Positions 50,301 to 64,000 of a stretch of 64,000 nucleotides of DNA are shown here, piece by piece. Position numbers and translations under genes: made by a program. Position 1 is the stretch's first letter; every line of letters begins with the position of its first letter. The stretch is from Neoechinorhynchus agilis. Lineage: Eukaryota > Animalia > Acanthocephala. The DNA is taken from contig CM121341.1 of the NCBI GenBank assembly GCA_051530055.1, positions 6,054,784-6,118,783 on the forward strand. Reading direction: 5' to 3'. The notes under the pieces are model-generated. The model did not search any database. It had not been told where the DNA came from and worked only from the letters and a program-made list of their open reading frames with translations.

Positions 50301-53300
50301 TCCGAGCCGTTAGTAGACATGTTCTATACTCTACACAAAAGCGAACACACCCACCTACACATTTACACGCATGCGGTTACTACTGTTTATATCCCGATCG
50401 ATGGCATGACGACATCATGCCCACTATAACAATTTTAAGAATTTCTTTGAAGAAAATATAAAACGTCAGTACGCAATCGATCACTCGCTGAAATAAGTTC
50501 ATTTCGAGTAAAGCATTACAATGTACAGGTTTCGCATATGGATTCTTCCTGCTCTCTAACGCGTCGTCAAGTTTATTTTTGTGACCGAGTCGCTAGTAGA
50601 CATGTTCTATATTCTACACAAAACCGAACACACCCACCTACACATTTACACGCATGCGGTTACTAATGTTTATATCCCGATCGATGGCATGACGACATCA
50701 TGCCCACTATAACAATTTTAAGAATTTCTTTGAAGGAAATATAAAACGTCAGCACGCAATCGATCACTCGCTGAAAGAAGTTCATTTCGAGTAAAGCATT
50801 ACAATGTACCGGTTTCGCATATGGATTCTTCCTGCTCTCTAGCGCGTCGTCAAGTTCCTTTTTGTTACCGAGTCGCTAGTAGACATGTTCTATATTCTAC
50901 ACAAAACCGAACACAACCACCTACACATTTACACGCATGCGGTTACTACTGTTTATATCCCGATCGATGGCATGACGACATCATGCCCACTATAACAATT
51001 TTAAGAATTTCTTTGAAGAAAATATAAAACGTCAGCACGCAATCAATCACTCGCTGAAAGAAGTTCATTTCGAGTAAAGCATTACAATGTACAGGTTTCG
51101 CATATGGATTCTTCCTGCTTTCTAGCGCGTCGTCAAGTTCATTTTTGTGACCGAGTCGCTAGTAGACATGTTCTATATTCTACACAAAAGCGAACACACC
51201 CACCTACACATTTACACGCATGCGGTTACTACTGTTTATATCCCGATCGATGGCATGACGACATCATGCCCACTATAACAATTTTAAGAATTTCTTTGAA
51301 GAAAATATAAAACGTCAGCACGCAATCGATCACTCGCTGAAAGAAGTTCATTTCGAGTAAAGCATTACAATGTACAGGTTTCGCATATGGATTCTTCCTG
51401 CTCTCTAACGCGTCGTCAAGTTAATTTTTGTGACCGAGTCGCTAGTGGACATGTTCTATATTCTACACAAAACCGAACACACCCACCTACACATTTACAC
51501 GCATGCGGTTACTACTGTTTATATCCCGATAGATGGTATGACGACATCATGCCCACTATAACATTTTTAAGAATTTCTTTAAAGAAAATATAAAACGTCA
51601 GTACGCAATCGATCACTCGCTGAAAGAAGTTCATTTCGGGTAAAGCATTACAATGTACAGCTTTCGCATATCGATTCTTCCTGCTCTCTAGCCCGTCGTC
51701 AGGTTCATTTTTGTGACCGAGCAGCTAGTAGACATGTTCTATACTCTACACAAAAGCGAACACACCAACCTACACATTTACACGCATGCGGTTACTACTG
51801 TTTATATCCCGATCGCTGGCATGACGACATCATGCCCACTATAACAATTTTAAGAATTTCTTTAGAGAAAATATAAAACGTCAGTACGCAATCGATCGCC
51901 CGCTGAAAGAAGTTATCTTCGGGTAAAGCATTACAATGTACAGGTTTCGCATATGGATTCTTCCTGCTCTCTAGCGCGTCGTCAAGTTCCTTTTTGTTAC
52001 CGAGTCGCTAGTGGACATGTTCTATATTCTACACAAAACCGAACACAACCACCTACACATTTACACTCATACGGTTACTACTGTTTATATCCCGATGGAT
52101 GGCATGACGACATCATGCCCACTATAACAATTTTAAGAATTTCTTTGAAGGAAATATAAAACGTCAGCACGCAATCGATCACTCGCTGAAAGAAGTTCAT
52201 TTCGAGTAAAGAATTACAATGTACAGGTTTCGCATATGGATTCTTCCTGCTCTCTAACGCGTCGTCAAGTTAATTTTTGTGACCGAGTCGATAGTATACA
52301 TGTTCTATATTCTACACAAAACCGAACACACCCACCTACACATTTACACGCATGCGGTTACTACTGTTTATATCCCGATAGATGGCATGACGACATCATG
52401 CCCACTATAACATTTTTAAGAATTTCTTTGAAGAAAATATAAAACGTCAGTACGCAATCGATCACTCGCTGAAAGAAGTTCATTTCGGGTAAAGCATTAC
52501 AATGTACAGCTTTCGCATATGGATTCTTCCTGCTCTCTAGCGCATCGTCAGGTTCATTTTTGTGTCCGAGCCGTTAGTAGACATGTTCTATACTCTACAC
52601 AAAAACGAACACACCCACTTACACATTTACACGCATGCGGTTACTACTGTTTATATCCCGATCGATGGCATGACGACATCATGCCCACTATAACAATTTT
52701 AAGAATTTCTTTGAAGAAAATATAAAACGTCAGTACGCAATCGATCACTCGCTGAAATAAGTTCATTTCGAGTAAAGCATTACAATGTACAGGTTTCGCA
52801 TATGGATTCTTCCTGCTCTCTAACGCGTCGTCAAGTTTATTTTTGTGACCGAGTCGCTAGTAGACATGTTCTATATTCTACACAAAACCGAACACACCCA
52901 CCTACACATTTACACGCATGCGGTTACTACTGTTTATATCCCGATCGATGGCATGACGACATCATGCCCACTATAACAATTTTAAGAATTTCTTTGAAGG
53001 AAATATAAAACGTCAGCACGCAATCGATCACTCGCTGAAAGAAGTTCATTTCGAGTAAAGCATTACAATGTACAGGTTTCGCATATGGATTCTTCCTGCT
53101 CTCTAGCGCGTCGTCAAGTTCCTTTTTGTTACCGAGTCGCTAGTAGACATGTTCTATATTCTACACAAAACCGAACACAACCACCTACACATTTACACGC
53201 ATGCGGTTAATACTGTTTATATCCCGATCGATGGCATGACGACATCATGCCCACTATAACAATTTTAAGAATTTCTTTGAAGGAAATATAAAACGTCAGC

Positions 53301-56300
53301 ACGCAATCGATCACTCGCTGAAAGAAGTTCATTTCGAGTAAAGAATTACAATGTACAGGTTTCGCATATGGATTCTTCCTGCTCTCTAACGCGTCGTCAA
53401 GTTAATTTTTGTGACCGAGTCGATAGTATACATGTTCTATATTCTACACAAAACCGAACACACCCACCTACACATTTACACGCATGCGGTTACTACTGTT
53501 TATATCCCGATAGATGGCATGACGACATCATGCCCACTATAACATTTTTAAGAATTTCTTTGAAGAAAATATAAAACGTCAGTACGCAATCGATCACTCG
53601 CTGAAAGAAGTTCATTTCGGGTAAAGCATTACAATGTACAGCTTTCGCATATGGATTCTTCCTGCTCTCTAGCGCATCGTCAGGTTCATTTTTGTGTCCG
53701 AGCCGTTCGTAGACATGTTCTATACTCTACACAAAAAAGAACACACCCACTTACACATTTACACGCATGCGGTTACTACTGTTTATATCCCGATCGATGG
53801 CATGACGACATCATGCCATCTATAACAATTTTAAGAATTTCTTTGAAGAAAATATAAAACGTCAGTACGCAATCGATCACTCGCTGAAATAAGTTCATTT
53901 CGAGTAAAGCATTACAATGTACAGGTTTCGCATATGGATTCTTCCTGCTCTCTAACGCGTCGTCAAGTTTATTTTTGTGACCGAGTCGCTAGTAGACATG
54001 TTCTATATTCTACACAAAACCGAACACACCCACCTACACATTTACACGCATGCGGTTACTAATGTTTATATCCCGATCGATGGCATTACGACATCATGCC
54101 CACTATAACAATTTTAAGAATTTCTTTGAAGGAAATATAAAACGTCAGCACGCAATCGATCACTCGCTGAAAGAAGTTCATTTCGAGTAAAGCATTACAA
54201 TGTACCGGTTTCGCATATGGATTCTTCCTGCTCTCTAGCGCGTCGTCAAGTTCCTTTTTGTTACCGAGTCGCTAGTAGACATGTTCTATATTCTACACAA
54301 AACCGAACACAACCACCTACACATTTACGCGCATGCGGTTAACACTGTTTATATCCCGATCGATGGCATGACGACATCATGCCCACTATAACAATTTTAA
54401 GAATTTCTTTGAAGAAAATATAAAACGTCAGTACGCAATCAATCACTCGCTGAAATAAGTTCATTTCGAGTAAAGCATTACAATGTACAGGTTTCGCATA
54501 TCGATTCTTCCTGCTCTCTAGCGCGTCGTCAAGTTCATTTTTGTGACCGAATCGCTAGTAGACATGTTCTATATTCTACACAAAACCGAACACACCCACC
54601 TACACATTTACACGCATGCGGTTACTAATGTTTATATCCCGATCAATGGCATGACGACATCATGCCCACTATAACAATTTTAAGAATTTCTTTGAAGGAA
54701 ATATAAAACGTCAGCACGCAATCGATCACTCGCTGAAAGAAGTTCATTTCGAGTAAAGCATTACAATGTACAGGTTTCGCATATGGATTCTTCCTGCTCT
54801 CTAACGCGTCGTCAAGTTAATTTTTGTGACCGAGTCGCTAGTGGACATGTTCTATATACTACACAAAACCGAACACACCCACCTACACATTTACACGCAT
54901 GCGGTTACTACTGTTTATATCCCGATAGATGGCATGACGACATCATGCCCACTATAACATTTTTAAGAATTTCTTTAAAGAAAATATAAAACGTCAGTAC
55001 GCAATCGATCACTCGCTGAAAGAAGTTCATTTCGGGTAAAGCATTACAATGTACAGCTTTCGCATATGGATTCTTCCTGCTCTCTAGCCCGTCGTCAGGT
55101 TCATTTTTGTGACCGAGCCGCTAGTAGACATGTTCTATACTCAACACAAAAGCGAACACACCAACCTACACATTTACACGCATGCGGTTACTACTGTTTA
55201 TATCCCGATCGCTGGCATGACGACATCATGCCCACTATAACAATTTTTAGAATTTCTTTTAAGAAAATATAAAACGTCAGTACACAATCGATCGCCCGCT
55301 GAAAGAAGTTATCTTCGGGTAAAGCATTACAATGTACAGGTTTCGCATATGGATTCTTCCTGCTCTCTAGCGCGTCGTCAAGTTCCTTTTTGTTACCGAG
55401 TCGCTAGTGGACATGTTCTATATTCTACACAAAACCGAACACAACCACCTACACATTTACACGCATGCGGTTATTACTGTTTATATCCCGATCGATGGCA
55501 TGACGACATCATGCCCACTATAACAATTTTAAGAATTTCTTTGAAGAAAATATAAAACGTCAGTACGCAATCGATCACTCGCTTAAAGAAGTTCATTTCG
55601 GGTAAAGCATTACAATGTACAGGTTTCGCATATGGATTCTTCCTGCTCTCTAGCGCGTCGTCAAGTTAATTTTTGTGATCGAGCCGCTAGTAGACATGTT
55701 CTATACTCTACACAAAACCGAACACACCCACCTACACATTTACACGCATGCGGTTACTACTGTTTATATCCCGATCGATGGCATGACGACATCATGCCCA
55801 CTATAACAATTTTAAGAATTTCTTTGAAGAAAATATAAAACGTCGGTACGCAATCGATCACTCGCTGAAAGAAGTTAATTTCGGGTAAAGCATTACAATT
55901 TACAGGTTTCGCATATGGATTCTTCCTGCTCTCTAGCGCGTCGTCAAGTTAATTTTTGTGATCGAGCCGCTAGTAGACATGTTCTATACTCTACACAAAA
56001 CCGAACACACCCACCTACACATTTACACGCATACGGTTACTACTGTTTATATCCCGATGGATGGCATGACGACATCATGCCCACTATAACAATTTTAAGA
56101 ACTTCTTTGAAGGAAATATAAAACGTCAGCACGCAATCGATCACTCGCTGAAAGAAGTTCATTTCGAGTAAAGAATTACAATGTACAGGTTTCGCATATG
56201 GATTCTTGCTGCTCTCTAACGCGTCGTCAAGTTAATTTTTGTGACCGAGTCGATAGTACACATGTTCTATATTCTACACAAAACCGAACACACCCACCTA

Positions 56301-59300
56301 CACATTTACACGCATGCGGTTACAACTTTTTATATCCCGATCGATGGCATGACGACATCATGCCCACTATAAAAATTTTAAGAATTTCTTCGAAGAAAAT
56401 ATAAAACGTCAGCACGCAATCAATCACTCGCTGAAAGAAGTTCATTTCGAGTAAAGCATTACAATGTACAGGTTTCGCATATGGATTCTTCCTGCTTTCT
56501 AGCGCGTCCTCAAGTTCATTTTTGTGACCGAGTCGCTAGTATACATGTTCTATATTCTACACAAAACCGAACACACCCACCTACACATTTACACGCATGC
56601 GGTTACTACTGTTTATATCCCGATCGCTGGCATGACGACATCATGCCCACTATAACAATTTTCAGAATTTCTTTGAAGGAAATATTAAACGTCAGTATGC
56701 AATCGATCACTCGTTGAAAGAAGTTCATTTCGTGAAAAGCATTACAATGTACGGGTTTCGCATATGGATTCTTCCAGCTCTCTAGCGCGTCGTCAAGTTC
56801 ATTTTTGTGACCGAGTCGCTAGTGGACATGTTCTATATTCTACACAAAACCGAACACACAAACCCACACATTAACACGTATGCAGTTACTACTGTTTATA
56901 TCCCGATCGATGGCATGACGACATCATGCCCACTATAACAATTTTAAGAATTTCTTTGAAGAAAATATAAAACGTCAGCACGCAATCGATCACTCGCTGA
57001 AAGAAGTTCATTTCGAGTAAAGCATTACAATGTACAGGTTTCGCATATGGATTCTTCCTGCTCTCTAACGCGTCGTCAAGTTAATTTTTGTGACCGAGTC
57101 GCTAGTGGACATGTTCTATATTCTACACAAAAGCTAACACACCCACCTACACATTTACACGCATGCGGTTACTACTGTTTATATCCCGATAGATGGCATG
57201 ACGACATCATGCCCACTATAACATTTTTAAGAATTTCTTTAAAGAAAATATAAAACGTCAGTACGCAATCGATCACTCGCTGAAAGAAGTTCATTTCGGG
57301 TAAAGCATTACAATGTACAGCTTTCGCATATGGATTCTTCCTGCTCTCTAGCCCGTCGTCAGGTTCATTTTTGTGACCGAGCCGCTAGTAGACATGTTCT
57401 ATACTCTACACAAAAGCGGACACACCAAACTACACATTTACACGCATGCGGTTACTACTGTTTATATCCCGATCGCTGGCATGACGACATCATGCCCACT
57501 ATAACAATTTTAAGAATTTCTTTGAAGAAAATATAAAACGTCAGTACGCAATCGATCACTCGCTGAAAGAAGTTCATTTCGGGTAAAGCATTACAATGTA
57601 CAGGTTTCGCATATGGATTCTTCCTGCTCTCTAGCGCGTCGTCAAGTTCCTTTTTGTTACCGAGTCGCTAGTAGACATGTTCTATATTCTACACAAAACC
57701 GAACACAACCACCTACACATTTACACGCATGCGGTTACTACTGTTTATATCCCGATCGATGGCATGACGACATCATGCCCACTATAACAATTTTAAGAAT
57801 TTCTTTGAAGAAAATATAATACGTCAGTACGCAATCGATCACTCGCTGAAATAAGTTCATTTCGAGTAAAGCATTACAATGTACAGGTTTCGCATATGGA
57901 TTCTTCCTGCTCTCTAACGCGTCGTCAAGTTTATTTTTGTGACCGTCGCTAGTAGACATGTTCTATATTCTACACAAAACCGAACACACCCACCTACACA
58001 TTTACACGCATGCGGTTACTAATGTTTATATCCCGATCGATGGCATGACGACATCATGCCCACTATAACAATTTTAAGAATTTCTTTGATGGAAATATAA
58101 AACGTCAGCACGCAATCGATCACTCGCTGAAAGAAGTTCATTTCGAGTAAAGCATTACAATGTACCGGTTTCGCATATGGATTCTTCCTGCTCTCTAGCG
58201 CGTCGTCAAGTTAATTTTTGTGACCGAGTCGATAGTATACATGTTCTATATTCTACACAAAACCGAACACACCTCCCTACACATCTACACGCATGCGGTT
58301 ACTACTGTTTATATCCCGATAGATGGCATGACGACATCATGCCCACTATAACATTTTTAAGAATTTCTTTAAAGAAAATATAAAACGTCAGTACACAATC
58401 GATCACTCGCTGAAAGAAGTTCATTTCGGGTAAAGCATTACAATGTACAGCTTTCGCATATCGATTCTTCCTGCTCTCTAGCCCGTCGTCAGGTTCATTT
58501 TTGTGACCGAGCAGCTAGTAGACATGTTCTATACTCTACACAAAAGCGAACACACCAACCTACACATTTACACGCATGCGGTTACTACTGTTTATATCCC
58601 GATCGCTGGCATGACGACATCATGCCCACTATAACAATTTTAAGAATTTCTTTGAAGAAAATATAAAACGTCAGTACGCAATCGATCACTCGCTGAAAGA
58701 AGTTCATTTCGGGTAAAGCATTACAATGTACAGGTTTCGCATATGGATTCTTCCTGCTCTCTAGCGCGTCGTCAAGTTCATTTTTGTGACCGAGTCGCTA
58801 GTGGACATGTTCTATATTCTACACAAAACCGAACACACCCACCTACACATTTACACGCATGCGGTTACTACTGTTTATATCCCGATCGATGGCATGACGA
58901 CATCATGCCCACTATAACAATTTTAAGAATTTCTTTGAAGAAAATATAAAACGTCAGCACGCAATCGATCACTCGCTGAAAGAAGTTCATTTCGAGTAAA
59001 GCATTACAATGTACAGGTTTCGCATATGGATTCTTCCTGCTCTCTAACGCGTCGTCAAGTTAATTTTTGTGACCGAGTCGCTAGTAGACATGTTCTATAT
59101 TCTACACAAAACCGAACACACCCACCTACACATTTACACGCATGCGGTTACTACTGTTTATATCCCGATCGATGGCATGACGACATCATGCCCACTATAA
59201 CAATTTTAAGAATTTCTTTAAAGAAAATATAAAACGTCAGTACGCAATCGATCACTCGCTGAAAGAAGTTCATTTCGGGTAAAGCATTACAATGTACAGG

Positions 59301-62300
59301 TTTCGCATATGGATTCTTCCTGCTCTCTAGCGCGTCGTCAAGTTCATTTTTGTGACCGAGCCGCTAGTGGACATGTTCTATATTCTACACAAAACCGAAC
59401 ACAACCACCTACACATTTACACGCATGCGGTTACTACTGTTTATATCCCGATCGATGGCATGACGACATCATGCCCACTATAACAATTTTAAGAATTTCT
59501 TTGAAGAAAATATAAAACGTCAGTACGCAATCGATCACTCGCTGAAAGAAGTTCATTTCGAGTAAAGCATTACAATGTACAGGTTTCGCATATGGATTCT
59601 TCCTGCTCTCTAACGCGTCGTCAAGTTAATTTTTGTGACCGAGTCGCTAGTAGACATGTTCTATATTCTACACAAAACCGAACACACCCACCTACACATT
59701 TACACGCATGCGGTTACTACTGTTTATATCCCGATCGATGGCATGACGACATCATGCCCACTATAACAATTTTAAGAATTTCTTTGAAGAAAATATAAAA
59801 CGTCAGCACGCAATCGATCACTCGCTGAAAGAAGTTCATTTCGAGTAAAGCATTACAATGTACAGGTTTCGCATATGGATTCTTCCTGCTCTCTAGCGCG
59901 TCGTCAAGTTCCTTTTTGTTACCGAGTCGCTAGTAGACATGTTCTATATTCTACACAAAACCGAACACAACCACCTACACATTTACACGCATGCGGTTAA
60001 CACTGTTTATATCCCGATCGATGGCATGACGACATCATGCCCACTATAACAATTTTAAGAATTTCTTTGAAGAAAATATAAAACGTCAGTACGCAATCAA
60101 TCACTCGCTGAAATAAGTTCATTTCGAGTAAAGCATTACAATGTACAGGTTTCGCATATCGATTCTTCCTGCTCTCTAGCGCGTCGTCAAGTTCATTTTT
60201 GTGACCGAGTCGCTAGTAGACATGTTCTATATTCTACACAAAACCGAACACACCCACCTACACATTTACACGCATGCGGTTACTAATGTTTATATCCCGA
60301 TCAATGGCATGACGACATCATGCCCACTATAACAATTTTAAGAATTTCTTTGAAGGAAATATAAAACGTCAGCACGCAATCGATCACTCGCTGAAAGAAG
60401 TTCATTTCGAGTAAAGCATTACAATGTACAGGTTTCGCATATGGATTCTTCCTGCTCTCTAACGCGTCGTCAAGTTAATTTTTGTGACCGAGTCGCTAGT
60501 GGACATGTTCTATATTCTACACAAAACCGAACACACCCACCTACACATTTACACGCATGCGGTTACTACTGTTTATATCCCGATCGATGGCATGACGACA
60601 TCATGCCCACTATAACAATTTTAAGAATTTCTTCGAAGAAAATATAAAACGTCAGCACGCAATCAATCACTCGCTGAAAGAAGTTCATTTCGAGTAAAGC
60701 ATTACAATGTACAGGTTTCGCATATGGATTCTTCCTGCTTTCTAGCGCGTCGTCAAGTTCATTTTTGTGACCGAGTCGCTAGTAGACATGTTCTATATTC
60801 TACACAAAAGCGAACACACACACCCACACATTTACACGCATGCGGTTACTACTGTTTATATCCCGATCGATGGCATGACGACATCATGCCCACTATAACA
60901 ATTTTAAGAATTTCTTTGAAGAAAATATAAAACGTCAGCACGCAATCGATCACTCGCTGAAAGAAGTTCATTTCGAGTAAAGCATTACAATGTACAGGTT
61001 TCGCATATGGATTCTTCCTGCTCTCTAACGCGTCGTCAAGTTAATTTTTGTGACCGAGTCGCTAGTGGACATGTTCTATATTCTACACAAAACCTAACAC
61101 ACCCACCTACACATTTACACGCATGCGGTTACTACTGTTTATATCCCGATAGATGGCATGACGACATCATGCCCACTATAACATTTTTAAGAATTTCTTT
61201 AAAGAAAATATAAAACGTCAGTACGCAATCGATCACTCGCTGAAAGAAGTTCATTTCGGGTAAAGCATTACAATGTACAGCTTTCGCATATGGATTCTTC
61301 CTGCTCTCTAGCCCGTCGTCAGGTTCATTTTTGTGACCGAGCCGCTAGTAGACATGTTCTATACTCTACACAAAAGCGAACACACCAACCTACACATTTA
61401 CACGCATGCGGTTACTACTGTTTATATCCCGATCGCTGGCATGACGACATCATGCCCACTATAACAATTTTAAGAATTTCTTTGAAGAAAATATAAAACG
61501 TCAGTACGCAATCGATCGCCCGCTGAAAGAAGTTAATTTCGGGTAAAGCATTACAATGTACAGGTTTCGCATATGGATTCTTCCTGCTCTCTAGCGCGTC
61601 GTCAAGTTAATTTTTGTGATCGAGCCGCTAGTAGACATGTTCTATACTCTACACAAAACCGAACACACCCACCTACACATTTACACGCATACGGTTACTA
61701 CTGTTTATATCCCGATGGATGGCATGACGACATCATGCCCACTATAACAATTTTAAGAATTTCTTTGAAGGAAATATAAAACGTCAGCACGCAATCGATC
61801 ACTCGCTGAAAGAAGTTCATTTCGAGTAAAGAATTACAATGTACAGGTTTCGCATATGGATTCTTCCTGCTCTCTAACGCGTCGTCAAGTTAATTTTTGT
61901 GACCGAGTCGATAGTACACATGTTCTATATTCTACACAAAACCGAACACACCCACCTACACATTTACACGCATGCGGTTACAACTTTTTATATCCCGATC
62001 GATGGCATGACGACATCATGCCCACTATAACAATTTTAAGAATTTCTTTGAAGAAAATATAAAACGTCAGCACGCAATCGATCACTCGCTGAAAGAAGTT
62101 CATTTCGGGTAAAGCATTACAATGTACAGGTTTCGCATATGGATTCTTCCTGCTCTCTAGCGCGTCGTCAAGTTAATTTTTGTGACCGAGTCGCTAGTAG
62201 ACATGTTCTATATTCTACACAAAACCGAACACACCCACCTACACATTTACACGCATGCGGTTACTACTGTTTATATCCCGATCGCTGGCATGACGACATC

Positions 62301-64000
62301 ATGCCCACTATAACAATTTTAAGAATTTCTTTGAAGGAAATATTAAACGTCAGTATGCAATCGATCACTCGTTGAAAGAAGTTCATTTCGTGAAAAGCAT
62401 TACAATGTACGGGTTTCGCATATGGATTCTTCCAGCTCTCTAGCGCGTCGTCAAGTTCATTTTTGTGACCGAGTCGCTAGTGGACATGTTCTATATTCTA
62501 CACAAAACCGAACACACAAACCCACACATTAACACGCATGCGGTTACTACTGTTTATATCCCGATCGATGGCATGACGACATCATGCCCACTATAACAAT
62601 TTTAAGAATTTCTTTGAAGAAAATATAAAACGTCAGCACGCAATCGATCACTCGCTGAAAGAAGTTCATTTCGAGTAAAGCATTACAATGTACAGGTTTC
62701 GCATATGGATTCTTCCTGCTCTCTAACGCGTCGTCAAGTTAATTTTTGTGACCGAGTCGCTAGTGGACATGTTCTATATTCTACACAAAAGCTAACACAC
62801 CCACCTACACATTTACACGCATGCGGTTACTACTGTTTATATCCCGATAGATGGCATGACGACATCATGCCCACTATAACATTTTTAAGAATTTCTTTAA
62901 AGAAAATATAAAACGTCAGTACGCAATCGATCACTCGCTGAAAGAAGTTCATTTCGGGTAAAGCATTACAATGTACAGCTTTCGCATATGGATTCTTCCT
63001 GCTCTCTAGCCCGTCGTCAGGTTCATTTTTGTGACCGAGCCGCTAGTAGACATGTTCTATATTCTACACAAAACCGAACACACCCACCTACACATTTACA
63101 CGCATGCGGTTACTACTGTTTATATCCCGATCGCTGGCATGACGACATCATGCCCACTATAACAATTTTAAGAATTTCTTTTAAGAAAATATAAAACGTC
63201 AGTACGCAATCGATCGCCCGCTGAAAGAAGTTATCTTCGGGTAAAGCATTACAATGTACAGGTTTCGCATATGGATTCTTCCTGCTCTCTAGCGCGTCGT
63301 CAAGTTCCTTTTTGTTACCGAGTCGCTAGTGGACATGTTCTATATTCTACACAAAACCGAACACAACCACCTACACATTTACACGCATGCGGTTACTACT
63401 GTTTATATCCCGATCGATGGCATGACGACATCATGCCCACTATAACAATTTTAAGAATTTCTTTGAAGAAAATATAAAACGTCAGTACGCAATCGATCAC
63501 TCGCTGAAATAAGTTCATTTCGAGTAAAGCATTACAATGTACAGGTTTCGCATATGGATTCTTCCTGCTCTCTAACGCGTCGTCAAGTTAATTTTTGTGA
63601 CCGAGTCGCTAGTAGACATGTTCTATATTCTACACAAAACCGAACACACCCACCTACACATTTACACGCATGCGGTTACTACTGTTTATATCCCGATCGA
63701 TGGCATGACGACATCATGCCCACTATAACAATTTTAAGAATTTCTTTGAAGGAAATATAAAACGTCAGCACGCAATCGATCACTCGCTGAAAGAAGTTCA
63801 TTTCGAGTAAAGCATTACAATGTACAGGTTTCGCATATGGATTCTTCCTGCTCTCTAGCGCGTCGTCAAGTTAATTTTTGTGACCGAGTCGCTAGTAGAC
63901 ATGTTCTATATTCTACACAAAACCGAACACACCCACCTACACATTTACACGCATGCGGTTACTACTGTTTATATCCCGATCGATGGCATGACGACATCAT
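20338..64000. repeat. 283-bp tandem satellite array, about 154 monomers, all head-to-tail, continuing beyond the window
   Basis: Equivalent positions recur every 283 bp (e.g. 22000, 22283, 22566, 22849, 23132, 23415; also 63271, 63554). Approximate consensus: ATGGATTCTTCCTGCTCTCTAGCGCGTCGTCAAGTTCATTTTTGTGACCGAGTCGCTAGTGGACATGTTCTATATTCTACACAAAACCGAACACACCCACCTACACATTTACACGCATGCGGTTACTACTGTTTATATCCCGATCGATGGCATGACGACATCATGCCCACTATAACAATTTTAAGAATTTCTTTGAAGAAAATATAAAACGTCAGTACGCAATCGATCACTCGCTGAAAGAAGTTCATTTCGGGTAAAGCATTACAATGTACAGGTTTCGCAT. No inversions or foreign insertions were seen. Confidence 0.98.

Noticed and set aside
20865-63760. More than 100 copies of a 68-aa ORF (MDSSCSLARRQVHF...) as a tandem gene family
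   Set aside because: It is simply the 283-bp monomer read in one frame. Differences are mostly amino-acid changing, many copies have ATG-to-ATC or TAC-to-TAA changes or frameshifts, and I recognise no domain. It is kept only as a low-score speculation.
20338-64000. CRISPR array or prokaryotic repeat system
   Set aside because: There are no unique spacers and no cas genes, whole units are near-identical, and the context is eukaryotic (LTR retrotransposon primed by a eukaryotic tRNA).

Overview
This is eukaryotic, probably invertebrate, heterochromatin-type DNA with no host gene. About 95% of it is tandem repeat. From left to right: (1) the end of a degenerate 119-bp satellite (1-1405); (2) a short arm of a 21-bp TGACGTCA/AAATTTT minisatellite (1406-1494); (3) a 2,765-bp Ty3/Gypsy (Mag/K02A2.6-like) LTR retrotransposon on the minus strand (1507-4271); (4) a longer 21-bp minisatellite arm in the opposite orientation, with an internal inversion (4408-5080); (5) a ~15.3-kb almost pure polypurine tract (5081-20337) with kb-scale internal duplications and about ten embedded TGACGTCA cassettes; (6) about 154 head-to-tail copies of a 283-bp satellite that run off the window end (20338-64000). 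The retrotransposon has identical 149-bp TG...CA LTRs, a GCGAC target-site duplication, an 18-nt tRNA-Ser(GCU) primer-binding site, a polypurine tract and an open Gag-protease frame. An internal deletion fuses the RT N-terminus to the integrase at its second catalytic Asp codon. The 283-bp array shows ordered monomer variants, 15-mer and 20-mer spacings and regional variant layers. Nearly all ORFs in the supplied track are by-products of repeats. I found no convincing new protein-coding system; the notable signals are structural. All counts and alignments were done by eye or from ORF-track coordinates. The host species cannot be determined.
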